Below are positions 48,237-57,070 of a DNA stretch of 57,972 nt, piece after piece. The DNA is taken from NCBI GenBank assembly GCA_024256245.1, contig JAKLZD010000035.1, forward strand, positions 1-57,972. Direction: 5' to 3'. Within the stretch, counting starts at the first letter, position 1. Each line of letters starts with the position of its first letter. Both the position numbers and the translations under genes were made by a program. The notes below the pieces were generated by a model, which saw only the letters and a program-made list of their open reading frames with translations, was not told the origin of the DNA and searched no databases. Origin of the DNA: Candidatus Methylarchaceae archaeon HK01M. Its GTDB lineage: Archaea; Thermoproteota; Nitrososphaeria; Nitrososphaerales; JACAEJ01.

Positions 48237-49406
48237 TTATTTAGAAATAACCTCCTTGATAACATCAAGTTCCATTCTTAATATACGGTCTATAGCGTAT
48301 CTTTTTAGGATATATTTCCAAGCATTATTTCCAATTATATTTTGAAGCGATTCATCGGATAAGACTGTTTCTATAGCATTGGCGATACTTTCATAATCTG
48401 TCTTACATAAATACCCAGTTTTCATATGTTCGATATCTTCTCTTATTCCAACGACATCCGAACCTATGCACGGTAACCCACAACTCATCGCTTCAAGCAA
48501 TGTTTTTGGATGGCCTTCATAGTAAGATGGTAAAATGAAAACTTTTGCTTGATTTAGTATATGGGACAAATCGAAATTTGGTACATTGCCTCTAAAAGTA
48601 ACATCTAAAGCGTAGTGATCTACTGTTTGTTTAATTTCGTTATCATAACAACATCCCCCTACCATAAGTAATGAGATGCTTCTCCCTTTTTTCTTTAGAT
48701 ACTGAATCGCTTTCAACAGATTACCTATGTTTTTTTGGCTTCCTGCTCTACCAACGAAAATAAGATCATACTTTTTTTGTACTCCAGGATGTGGTTTAAA
48801 GACATCAGTTATAACATAGTTTGGGATAACCCTTATTTTTTCTGGCTTAATATTATAACTCTTTATTACAATATTTCGTTGCCACGAAGAGGTTACAATA
48901 CTTATATCTGCGGATAAAAATACATCCCTCTCTAATCGAATGGCATTACTGATTATTTTTTTATTCTTTGATTGTTTTTTTTCAAAATAACTATATAAAT
49001 ATCCACAGCGGACTATCAGTTTCTTACCAAATCTTTTTTTAAACCATAAAGGCACTTCTGAGCCTTTTATTTGATTTGTTTTTAATATGCTAGATTTGTA
49101 AATTTGTGGCAAATACCTTAGTAACAAATTTAATATTGTCCATTTTAGGTTAGGGTACCATGTGATAGATAAAAGGTTGATCTCCCCAAGACTTTTTATA
49201 TATAATTTGTCTTTTCTTCCACCATAGGTGACTATGTTTACTTCTTTCAATATTTTAGCTAATCTTTTGTATAATTCTAACTCTCTATCGAGACTCCCTA
49301 CATCCGCCCAAGTTTTTAGACTCTTACCATACGTGAAAAATAAAGTTAAGATCGTATTCTCCAACCTTTTATCATTCATTTGATATCCCCTTTTTAATAA
49401 CAACAT
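48237..49406 (-). CDS. GT4-family glycosyltransferase
   Basis: 389 aa with FVGRAGSQKN and PSYYEGHPKTLLEAMSCGLPCIGSDVVG. Confidence 0.8.
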   Translation of the reverse strand: MLLLKRGYQMNDKRLENTILTLFFTYGKSLKTWADVGSLDRELELYKRLAKILKEVNIVTYGGRKDKLYIKSLGEINLLSITWYPNLKWTILNLLLRYLPQIYKSSILKTNQIKGSEVPLWFKKRFGKKLIVRCGYLYSYFEKKQSKNKKIISNAIRLERDVFLSADISIVTSSWQRNIVIKSYNIKPEKIRVIPNYVITDVFKPHPGVQKKYDLIFVGRAGSQKNIGNLLKAIQYLKKKGRSISLLMVGGCCYDNEIKQTVDHYALDVTFRGNVPNFDLSHILNQAKVFILPSYYEGHPKTLLEAMSCGLPCIGSDVVGIREDIEHMKTGYLCKTDYESIANAIETVLSDESLQNIIGNNAWKYILKRYAIDRILRMELDVIKEVISK

Positions 49407-49534
49407 AAAGTATTATGACAAATTCAATTAGATATCAAGTTAAATAATTCTTAAATTTCGCTATCTAGCTCACAATATACCAACGATTAATCCTAGCGCA
49501 TAAACATCCAACTTGAATAAAACTTTACAGGATA

Positions 49535-51565
49535 TCAAAGAGAATCGGCGACTTCTTGGAGCAGAGTCAGATACTTCTTGGCTGCGTCGTCCAGGCTCGG
49601 TACAAGGATCAAATTCTGAAACATCTTGTAATTCTCTACGAGTGTTTCCAATTTTGGAAGGATTTCGTCCATATTCTTGAAAGGTAGCCCCCCATAGCCA
49701 ACCAGCTCGGAATGCCCCCCATCATTGAGGTAGAGCACTGGCAACCCGCAGGCTAGTGCCTCGATCAGCTCAATCGAGCAGGGATCGTTCTGACTGGCTA
49801 TGATGTAAATGTCGTGCTGGCGTAGGAAATCAGCAAGCTGTTCTGAAGGTACAGGAGGGAAATGGCGAACATGGTTGAAACGCTCGAAGCCCCTTCCTAC
49901 CAGTGTATATTCAAAGCGATTCAAATCTAAATGATCATTAATCCACTTGTAAACTGTCCATTCCTTACGCGGGCAGTCCGTCCCCATGGTAGAGATAAGG
50001 CGAATCTTGCGCTTTCGATCGAAAGGAATGCGCCCACGTGGATGGAAAATGACGGGATCTACAGCATTGTGGATGATGACTGGATTCACCGGCTCATAGC
50101 CCATCTCGACGATACGCTGATAGCTCCATGCAGATAGCAATACAGTAGCTGAAGCGAATTCCATGTTAAATTCAAAGCAGAGATGATCAAGGTCTGGGCT
50201 ACTTCCTCGGTAGGGATAAATTGGACCATTGATTCGGTGTAAGATTTTCAACCTTCGCTTTTGATGGGATTGCCGAAACTTCTCTATGTCGAAATGCACC
50301 GAGTTAAAAATATAAGCATCGATCGGGCTACCGAAACGATTCTCAACTACTCGGACTCCTCTTTGTTGCAAGGCCCTACTTAACGTTATCATAAACTGAT
50401 TACCACCACCATTGGGTGGATTGTAGAATTCATGCCATATACCAACCGTGAATGGACTACCGATCGGTCGCTTGACTATTCTCTTAAAAAGTCGGAAAGT
50501 AAAGGGAAGGAGGGAGTGTGCATGCACTTGTTTGTCCTTCTCTCCCGTGTAGACTGGTATGGATTCCAATCTCTCGTAAAGGCGACGGAAGTGAAGATGA
50601 GAAATATCCGTTGTATGATTATTGAGTATCCTATGAAACTGAGGCTCTATCGTCGCTTCCAAGGAGTTGGTGTGAATATCTCTTTCGATGATGTTTACAG
50701 CCTCAGGTGGTGATGAGTAAATACAGGCAGGTTCAAGAATGTCCTCAGCCAAACCCACTCTGGTGCTGATGACCTTACATTGGGCAGCCACACTCTCCAT
50801 AAGCGTTCGGGGAGCACCCTCACATCGGCTCGTTATTAAGTAAAGGTCAAGCAAGTTATACAGTAGGTTCAAAGTCGGTCGAGGCAGTGTATTTATCCCA
50901 ATGTCGTCGGTACCTTCCACCAAGTCTCCGATGAAAGTGAAGGGAACTCTCAATTCTGCTAAGCGGCGTCGGATCCAGAAACGACGCGGGCCTGCTAACA
51001 GCACATGAACCCGATACCCTCTCGAAAATAGACCCAACAAAATCTCTGCGAAGATATCGGGCCCTTTCAGGGCTTTAGGAGTGCGTAAATCAGATCCTTC
51101 TGTATCTCTATGAAAGTTGCCAATCAGGTAACAGTCTGAAGGAATGTCCCATCTTTGTCGCATTTCGATCAAGGCAGAATCATTAGGTAGGAGTGGGCGA
51201 AAGAGATCTTTATCGATTGTAAAAGGAATCAATTCACAGTCGATGCCTACACTATGTAACTCACGTTGAGCCTCCTTTGTCCTTACAATCCAGCGCCCAA
51301 CCAGTTTGCGAGCCAGCAGGAACCTTGGTTGCTTGAGAAAATGAAAGGGACGACTAGACATATGACAGATGATACGCTTGCCTAAGAGCAACTTTTTTGG
51401 CAAGTTCAAAAGTCTTTCCCACCATACAGAATGTACAACCTCACAGTGATCCAGATCTGTAAACTCAACTATACCTTCTAGCGCACGCCGGGTCAGGTCG
51501 AGGTGGTCATCTAAGGCCCAACTCATCCCTTCGCCACCAGTAAGAAAAACACGAGTTAGTGGCAT
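49535..51565 (-). CDS. Double-module GT-B glycosyltransferase, paralog A (G+C visibly higher)
   Basis: 676 aa with two Glycos_transf_1-like modules: ...LLAGPRR...LYLITSRCEGAPRTLMESVAAQCKVIS... and ...IIASQNDPCSIELIEALACGLPVLYLNDGGHSELV. Example block 49741-49800 has 35/60 G+C. Confidence 0.65.
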   Translation of the reverse strand: MPLTRVFLTGGEGMSWALDDHLDLTRRALEGIVEFTDLDHCEVVHSVWWERLLNLPKKLLLGKRIICHMSSRPFHFLKQPRFLLARKLVGRWIVRTKEAQRELHSVGIDCELIPFTIDKDLFRPLLPNDSALIEMRQRWDIPSDCYLIGNFHRDTEGSDLRTPKALKGPDIFAEILLGLFSRGYRVHVLLAGPRRFWIRRRLAELRVPFTFIGDLVEGTDDIGINTLPRPTLNLLYNLLDLYLITSRCEGAPRTLMESVAAQCKVISTRVGLAEDILEPACIYSSPPEAVNIIERDIHTNSLEATIEPQFHRILNNHTTDISHLHFRRLYERLESIPVYTGEKDKQVHAHSLLPFTFRLFKRIVKRPIGSPFTVGIWHEFYNPPNGGGNQFMITLSRALQQRGVRVVENRFGSPIDAYIFNSVHFDIEKFRQSHQKRRLKILHRINGPIYPYRGSSPDLDHLCFEFNMEFASATVLLSAWSYQRIVEMGYEPVNPVIIHNAVDPVIFHPRGRIPFDRKRKIRLISTMGTDCPRKEWTVYKWINDHLDLNRFEYTLVGRGFERFNHVRHFPPVPSEQLADFLRQHDIYIIASQNDPCSIELIEALACGLPVLYLNDGGHSELVGYGGLPFKNMDEILPKLETLVENYKMFQNLILVPSLDDAAKKYLTLLQEVADSL
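51417..51469. repeat. 53-bp inverted repeat, left arm (inside the 5' part of paralog A)
   Basis: The reverse complement is gttgagtttacagatctggatcactgtgaggttgtAcattctgtatggtggga, matching 51868-51920 at 52/53 positions. Confidence 0.9.
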
Positions 51566-51625
51566 CTTTCGGTCAGTAGATCGACATTTAGGCGTTCTTG
51601 ATATAAGAACTTATGCTTCTTTAAC

Positions 51626-51684
51626 TTACCTCTACTCACCGCACAATTGTATATAAAAAACTCTATCTATGGTAAGACATCGTC
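51626..51684 (+). repeat. ~59-bp imperfect direct repeat, copy X (in the A/B divergent intergenic region)
   Basis: Blocks shared with 53852-53908, in the same order, are actcaccg, aaactctatct and gacatcg. Identity is roughly 70% with small indels. Confidence 0.5.
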
Positions 51685-51768
51685 TTTTTATATACCTAAA
51701 TACAATTTACAGAAGGATTGTAAGAGACAATCGATTATAATATGCATATTTAATTTTAGGAGATAAGC

Positions 51769-53817
51769 ATGAAGAGTAAACCCAAAGTATTCCTTACTGG
51801 TGGCGATAGTCGTAGCTGGACATTAGACGATGACCTGAATCTGATTAGAAATGCCTTGGAAAGAAAGGTTGAGTTTACAGATCTGGATCACTGTGAGGTT
51901 GTGCATTCTGTATGGTGGGAGGAGCTCCTTTCAATTCCAAAAGAAAAACTAGTAGGGAAACGTATAATATGTCATATCCCAACTGAACCAGCATATTACT
52001 TAACCCTGCCTCGTCATCGTCTAGTAATGCCAATGGTTGGGTGCTGGATTACTCGAAGCAACGAAGCCAATCAACAACTTATTAGTATTAATATCAGCAA
52101 CAAGTTGATTCCATACACTATCGATATACATACTTTTCAACCACTTCACGTCGATGACGCGCAGATTCAGGCTCTGCGCACCAGATGGGATATTCCTGAT
52201 AACAGCTATCTGATTGGTAACTTTCAAAGTAATATGATAGGAAGCGATTTGGTTAGTCCCTCGCTAGTTAAAGGTCTGGGCATCTTCGCAGAGATAGTTC
52301 GAGGAGTTCAGAGAAAAGGTCCTGATATCCACGTTGTTATAGCTGGACCGCGTCGTCATTGGTTGCGCCGAAAATTAGATGATTTGGGGATACCTTTTAC
52401 ATTTATCGGCCAGGCTATTGAGGAAGACGATATGAGGGAAAACATGCTTTCGCGAGAGATATTGAATCTTCTTTATAATCTTATAGACCTTTATTTAGTA
52501 ACAAGTCGTTCAGAAGGAGATTTACAATCAATTATGGAAGCCGCTTCAGCCCGATGCAAAATTATTAGCTTAAGTATGGGTTTAGCTAATGATATCCTTG
52601 ATTCTGCTTGTGTTTACACATCACCTGTAGATGCTATTGAATTCATTGAGCGGGATATTCGTGAGAACTGGATAGAGACTAAAATCGAAAATCACTACAA
52701 GCGCGTGCACAAGCGTTTCAATCTTGAATCTGTCGCCCCTCTATTCCAAGAACTATACGACAATTATCAAAAAATCAGACAGTATATGGGAGATGCGGAT
52801 TCAATCAAGAAATTGAAAAAAAAGTCTTTGCAGTCTGCAAGACGAATGGATTCTAAGTACAGGTTTAAACTACTTGATAGGATAAGAAATAAAAATATTC
52901 TAACGATATTGTATAAATTCCATAAATCCCCATGGGGTGGAGCAAACCAGTTTCTTTCAGCTTTAAGGAAAGAGTTTTTGAAAAGAGGTTGGAAAGTCTC
53001 AGAAAAATTATCTAGTAAATCCAAGCTATGCATTTTCGACTCATTTAAGTTAGATATGGACATCTTTAGAGATAGTACTAAAGATTATAAAAACACACTC
53101 ATGATTCATAGAGTCGATGGCCCTACGATTTTCGTAAGAGGAAACGATAAAGAGCTAGATGATGTAGTATTTGAGATTAATAATAAGGTTGCTGATATTA
53201 CGATATTTCAATCATTCTGGAGCTACAGAAAGACCATTGAATTAGGTTATGAGCCTATAAACCCAATAATAATTCCAAATGCGGTTGATCAATCAATCTT
53301 CAATAGACGAGGGAGAGTAAAATTTTCCAATAAAAGGAAGATTAATATTATCTCAACAAGTTGGTCCTCAAATCCTAGAAAGGGATTTGAAGTATATAAA
53401 TGGCTGGACAATAATCTTGACTGGGAAAAGTATGAATACAAATTTATTGGAAGAACTCCTAAGGATATCAAGTTTAACAACATTCAACATTTAGAACCGA
53501 TGCCTTCAGAAGAATTGGCATTAAAGCTGAAAGAAAGCGATATATATATCATTGCTAGCCAGTGTGATCCTTGTTCAAATGCGCTTATAGAAGCTCTTGC
53601 TTGTGGTTTACCATCCATTTATCTAAATGACGGTGGTCATCCTGAATTAGTTAAATATGCTGGTTTCGGTTTTTATATGAAAGAAGAGATATCAAATTTG
53701 TTGAATCATTTAGTAATGAATTATGAATTTTTTCAAAATTTGATATCAATTCCAACAATGGACGAAATTGCTAGTAAGTATCTTTCTCTTTTGAATTTAG
53801 TCCATCATCGGCGTTAG
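51769..53817 (+). CDS. Double-module GT-B glycosyltransferase, paralog B (low G+C)
   Basis: 682 aa, colinear with paralog A at roughly 50% identity by eye: VFLTGGDSRSWTLDDDL..., SRSEGDLQSIMEAASARCKIIS, IIASQCDPCSNALIEALACGLPSIYLNDGGHPELV. Example block 52861-52920 has 13/60 G+C. Confidence 0.65.
   Translation: MKSKPKVFLTGGDSRSWTLDDDLNLIRNALERKVEFTDLDHCEVVHSVWWEELLSIPKEKLVGKRIICHIPTEPAYYLTLPRHRLVMPMVGCWITRSNEANQQLISINISNKLIPYTIDIHTFQPLHVDDAQIQALRTRWDIPDNSYLIGNFQSNMIGSDLVSPSLVKGLGIFAEIVRGVQRKGPDIHVVIAGPRRHWLRRKLDDLGIPFTFIGQAIEEDDMRENMLSREILNLLYNLIDLYLVTSRSEGDLQSIMEAASARCKIISLSMGLANDILDSACVYTSPVDAIEFIERDIRENWIETKIENHYKRVHKRFNLESVAPLFQELYDNYQKIRQYMGDADSIKKLKKKSLQSARRMDSKYRFKLLDRIRNKNILTILYKFHKSPWGGANQFLSALRKEFLKRGWKVSEKLSSKSKLCIFDSFKLDMDIFRDSTKDYKNTLMIHRVDGPTIFVRGNDKELDDVVFEINNKVADITIFQSFWSYRKTIELGYEPINPIIIPNAVDQSIFNRRGRVKFSNKRKINIISTSWSSNPRKGFEVYKWLDNNLDWEKYEYKFIGRTPKDIKFNNIQHLEPMPSEELALKLKESDIYIIASQCDPCSNALIEALACGLPSIYLNDGGHPELVKYAGFGFYMKEEISNLLNHLVMNYEFFQNLISIPTMDEIASKYLSLLNLVHHRR
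51868..51920. repeat. 53-bp inverted repeat, right arm (inside the 5' part of paralog B)
   Basis: gttgagtttacagatctggatcactgtgaggttgtGcattctgtatggtggga, encoding VEFTDLDHCEVVHSVWWE in both genes. Confidence 0.9.
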
Positions 53818-53851
53818 ATCCCTTTTAGCATGTTCAACTACCTCGTTTGAC

Positions 53852-53908
53852 TCTTCTCCACTCACCGTAAAAGGTAATTAAGAAACTCTATCTGAGGATG
53901 ACATCGAC
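53852..53908 (+). repeat. ~57-bp imperfect direct repeat, copy Y (downstream of paralog B, upstream of the 53984 gene)
   Basis: See copy X at 51626-51684. Confidence 0.5.
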
Positions 53909-53983
53909 CCTCTCCTCTTAAGAATATACGAAAAGCTTTTTTTACTAAAAAGGAATTAAATAAGAGTTAGGTTATGTCAAGAA

Positions 53984-54481
53984 ATGTCTAGAATATTGAG
54001 CAAAACATATTCCATGATAGTGAACCTTAACCAGTGGTTCACTTATGGAAGAGAATGGTTACTTCTTCCTTTTACCATTTTATCATCCTTGGGGAGCATC
54101 GGCATTATCATAATTTATTTCAACATAGAGCAGAGCCCAGAATTATTGATCGTATTGGCCACGCTTTTCATCATAACGAACGTAGGCGTGGGCGCTTTCC
54201 TCTTCAAGAAAAAAGGACAGCAAGTCGATGTGATTATGAAGGGTTGGCGTAGTACCCTTCCTCAATTACACAGCGTATCAAACAGCATACTCCAAACATA
54301 CATAGCAGAGAAACTCGAAATTCCAGTCCCTAAGCAATTGGAAAGCTGGGGCATAAAAGATTGGGACGATTTGCGCAAAATAGATTACTACGTCTTACAG
54401 AAGGGAGAGCAAGCTTATGCTAAACCCATCGCCCAAAAGTTCTTTGGTGTTGAGGAGATCACGAAAAAAGTAGAAGCCTGA
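53984..54481 (+). CDS. Hypothetical membrane protein (2 TM plus a soluble C-terminal domain)
   Basis: 165-aa ORF with the TM segments LLLPFTILSSLGSIGIIIIYF and LLIVLATLFIITNVGVGAFLF. No family recognised. Confidence 0.45.
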   Translation: MSRILSKTYSMIVNLNQWFTYGREWLLLPFTILSSLGSIGIIIIYFNIEQSPELLIVLATLFIITNVGVGAFLFKKKGQQVDVIMKGWRSTLPQLHSVSNSILQTYIAEKLEIPVPKQLESWGIKDWDDLRKIDYYVLQKGEQAYAKPIAQKFFGVEEITKKVEA

Positions 54482-54522
54482 AAGTAAGCAGTAAAGATAT
54501 AATAAATCTAGGGTTTGATGTT

Positions 54523-55368
54523 ATGAAAGCAGTTATCCCTACAGCTGGTTTGGGAACAAGGCTGATGCCTGCCACGAAAGAGCAACCTAAGGAGATGCTA
54601 CCGGTTTTTGCTAGTTATGACGAATCCTTATGCATAAAACCTCTTGTCCAACTCGTCTTCGAGCAACTTTTTGATACAGGTTATAGAGAGTTCTGCTTTG
54701 TAGTGGGTCGGAATAAGAGGGCTATAGAAGACCACTTCACACCCGATCGCCGATACGTTGAGCAACTTGACAATAAGGGCAAGAATAGACAAGCATCGCT
54801 CCTTGAAAGCTTCTATAGGAAGGTTGAGGCTACGACGATGGTATGGATCAACCAACCCGAACCTCTAGGCTTCGGACACGCTGTCCAGCTGACCAAACCA
54901 TTCGTTGGGACTTATCCAATTCTCGTTCACGCTGGTGACACATACATCATATCAAGAGAAAACTATCACTTGAAAAGACTGGTTGAAGAGCATAATAAGA
55001 CTAAGGCCGATGCTACGATCGCGCTTCAAGAAATACCTGACCCTAGGTCACATGGAGTAGCCGAAGTTGTGGAGGAAGCAAAGGAGCTCATGATTAAAGG
55101 CGTTGAAGAGAAGCCCGAGAGACCTAGGACTAACTTGGCGATAATGCCCCTCTACATATTCGAGCCTATAATCTTTAGAGCTCTAGAAGCCACTCAACCC
55201 GGAAAGGGTGGAGAGATTCAGCTCACCGATGGGATCCAGAAACTGATCGAATGGGGCTTAAGGGTCAATGCGATCAAGCTCAAGGAGGATGAAATCAGAC
55301 TGGATATTGGCACCCCAGAAACTTATTGGGCAGCTTTAAGCCTTTCCTACAAGTACTTTAAGAAGTGA
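54523..55368 (+). CDS. galU: UTP--glucose-1-phosphate uridylyltransferase-type sugar nucleotidyltransferase
   Basis: 281 aa with MKAVIPTAGLGTRLMPATKEQPKEMLPV. Confidence 0.8.
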   Translation: MKAVIPTAGLGTRLMPATKEQPKEMLPVFASYDESLCIKPLVQLVFEQLFDTGYREFCFVVGRNKRAIEDHFTPDRRYVEQLDNKGKNRQASLLESFYRKVEATTMVWINQPEPLGFGHAVQLTKPFVGTYPILVHAGDTYIISRENYHLKRLVEEHNKTKADATIALQEIPDPRSHGVAEVVEEAKELMIKGVEEKPERPRTNLAIMPLYIFEPIIFRALEATQPGKGGEIQLTDGIQKLIEWGLRVNAIKLKEDEIRLDIGTPETYWAALSLSYKYFKK

Positions 55369-56714
55369 ACAATAAGACCTTGAAAGTTGCATTCTTCGGA
55401 CTAGGTTACGTCGGCCTAACCATGGCAACCTCTATAGCAGAAAGAGATGCAAGGGTCATAGGCTATGACATCGACACAGAGAAGGTAGCAAAGGTCAATA
55501 AGGGAGAGACACCGATTCATGAGCCAAACCTCTCAACCCTCCTAAGAAGAAACATAGTGAAGAAAAGGTTCTTTGCGATAGAAGACCCAAGAAAGGCTGT
55601 CAAAGAATCTGAGATCATATTTATTACTGTAGGTACGCCGAGCCTTCAAGACGGTTCTATCAACCTCGATTACGTAAAATCCGCTTCAGAAACCATCGGA
55701 AAAGAACTGAGGGATTTAGAGGACTATAAACTAATTGTGCTAAGAAGCACTGTAACCCCCGGCACAACTTGCAACCTACTAAAGCCATCCTTGGAAGCAA
55801 ACTCATGCAGGATTTGTGGGAAGGATTTCGGCTTAGCCTATAACCCTGAATTCCTTAGAGAAGGCTCTGCGATCAAAGACACTCTTCACCCCGACAGGCT
55901 CATAATCGGGGAAATGGACGAAAAGTCTGGCGATGCTCTCGAAGAATTCTACCAATGGCTCTATCATGATGAGTTGCCGCCCACCATAAGAACCAACCCA
56001 GATATAGCCGAGCTCATCAAGTATGCGAATAACGCTTTCCTAGCAATGAAGGTGAGCTTCATAAATCAAGTAGCGAATCTATGCCAGAGGATTCCAAATG
56101 CAGATGTTGAAGTTATTGCTAAAGGTATCGGGTTGGATAGACGTATAGGACCCTTATTTCTTAAAGCTGGACTTGGATGGGGTGGATCGTGCCTTCCAAA
56201 GGATCTAAGGGCGTTGTTGAAGTTTTCAAGGTCGAAGGGCGTAGCGTTACCCTTAACCGAGGCTACTCTGTTCGTAAACGAAATTCAACCATTAAATGCT
56301 GTCAAGATTGCTGAGAAATTGCTCGGCGATCTAAAGGACATGAGAATTGCAATATTGGGCTTATCTTTTAAACCTGGAACAGACGATGTGAGAGAGGCGG
56401 TATCGATAAAGATAGTTGAGGAGCTGCTGAGAAGAGAGGCAAAAATAGTTACCTATGACCCAGTTGCTATGGAGAATGCGAGGATAGTATTCGGCGATAG
56501 AGTAGGATACTCTAAATCTGCATTAGAATGTATCAATGATGCTGATTGCTCAATTATTATAACAGAGTGGCCTGAGTTCTTAAAAATCAAACCTAAGGAC
56601 TTTGTCTCCAGAATGAGGAATCCAATAGTCATAGATGGTAGACGTTTATATGATCCTGAAGATTTTTCAAGCAAGCTTAGATACGTTGCAATAGGTTTTG
56701 GCTCGAAAATTTAA
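55365..56714 (+). CDS. ugd: UDP-glucose 6-dehydrogenase family (nucleotide-sugar dehydrogenase)
   Basis: 449 aa with VAFFGLGYVGLTMA (Rossmann), NPEFLREG and GWGGSCLPKD (the catalytic Cys). It overlaps the galU stop by 4 nt. Confidence 0.85.
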   Translation: MNNKTLKVAFFGLGYVGLTMATSIAERDARVIGYDIDTEKVAKVNKGETPIHEPNLSTLLRRNIVKKRFFAIEDPRKAVKESEIIFITVGTPSLQDGSINLDYVKSASETIGKELRDLEDYKLIVLRSTVTPGTTCNLLKPSLEANSCRICGKDFGLAYNPEFLREGSAIKDTLHPDRLIIGEMDEKSGDALEEFYQWLYHDELPPTIRTNPDIAELIKYANNAFLAMKVSFINQVANLCQRIPNADVEVIAKGIGLDRRIGPLFLKAGLGWGGSCLPKDLRALLKFSRSKGVALPLTEATLFVNEIQPLNAVKIAEKLLGDLKDMRIAILGLSFKPGTDDVREAVSIKIVEELLRREAKIVTYDPVAMENARIVFGDRVGYSKSALECINDADCSIIITEWPEFLKIKPKDFVSRMRNPIVIDGRRLYDPEDFSSKLRYVAIGFGSKI

Positions 56715-56736
56715 CTCGAACCTGTTGAGAGCGTAA

Positions 56737-56916
56737 GGATCAATCCAGCATGCGGTTAACGTCATAGTTGAGGATAAGGGTATGGTGCTATTTGTAAGAA
56801 GGAGATGTCAGCCCTTCAAGGGTTTATGGAGCCTACCAAGTCGATATATGGAATATGGCGAAACAGTCGAAAACGAAACCAGCAGGTCTATGGCTGAGAT
56901 CGTTAAGACTTTTTGA
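56737..56916 (+). pseudogene. Truncated, degenerate Nudix hydrolase remnant
   Basis: My translation reads ...AVNVIVEDKGMVLFVRRRCQPFKGLWSLPSRYMEYGETVENETSRSMAEIVKTF*. There is no start codon upstream of the conserved region. GG is replaced by SR before the Nudix box, and the box is cut short by a stop. Confidence 0.55.
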
Positions 56917-57070
56917 GATCAGAACCACACTACTTTAAGCAAGAACTGGTTGACCTTAGACACCAACTATGGTAGAGGATGTAATCATCGAAGTTGAAAG
57001 GAGGTTGGACGAAAGGTTCAATAGAAGGTTTGAAGGTAAAGTGTATGAATTTACTGTTGTGTTATCGCTT

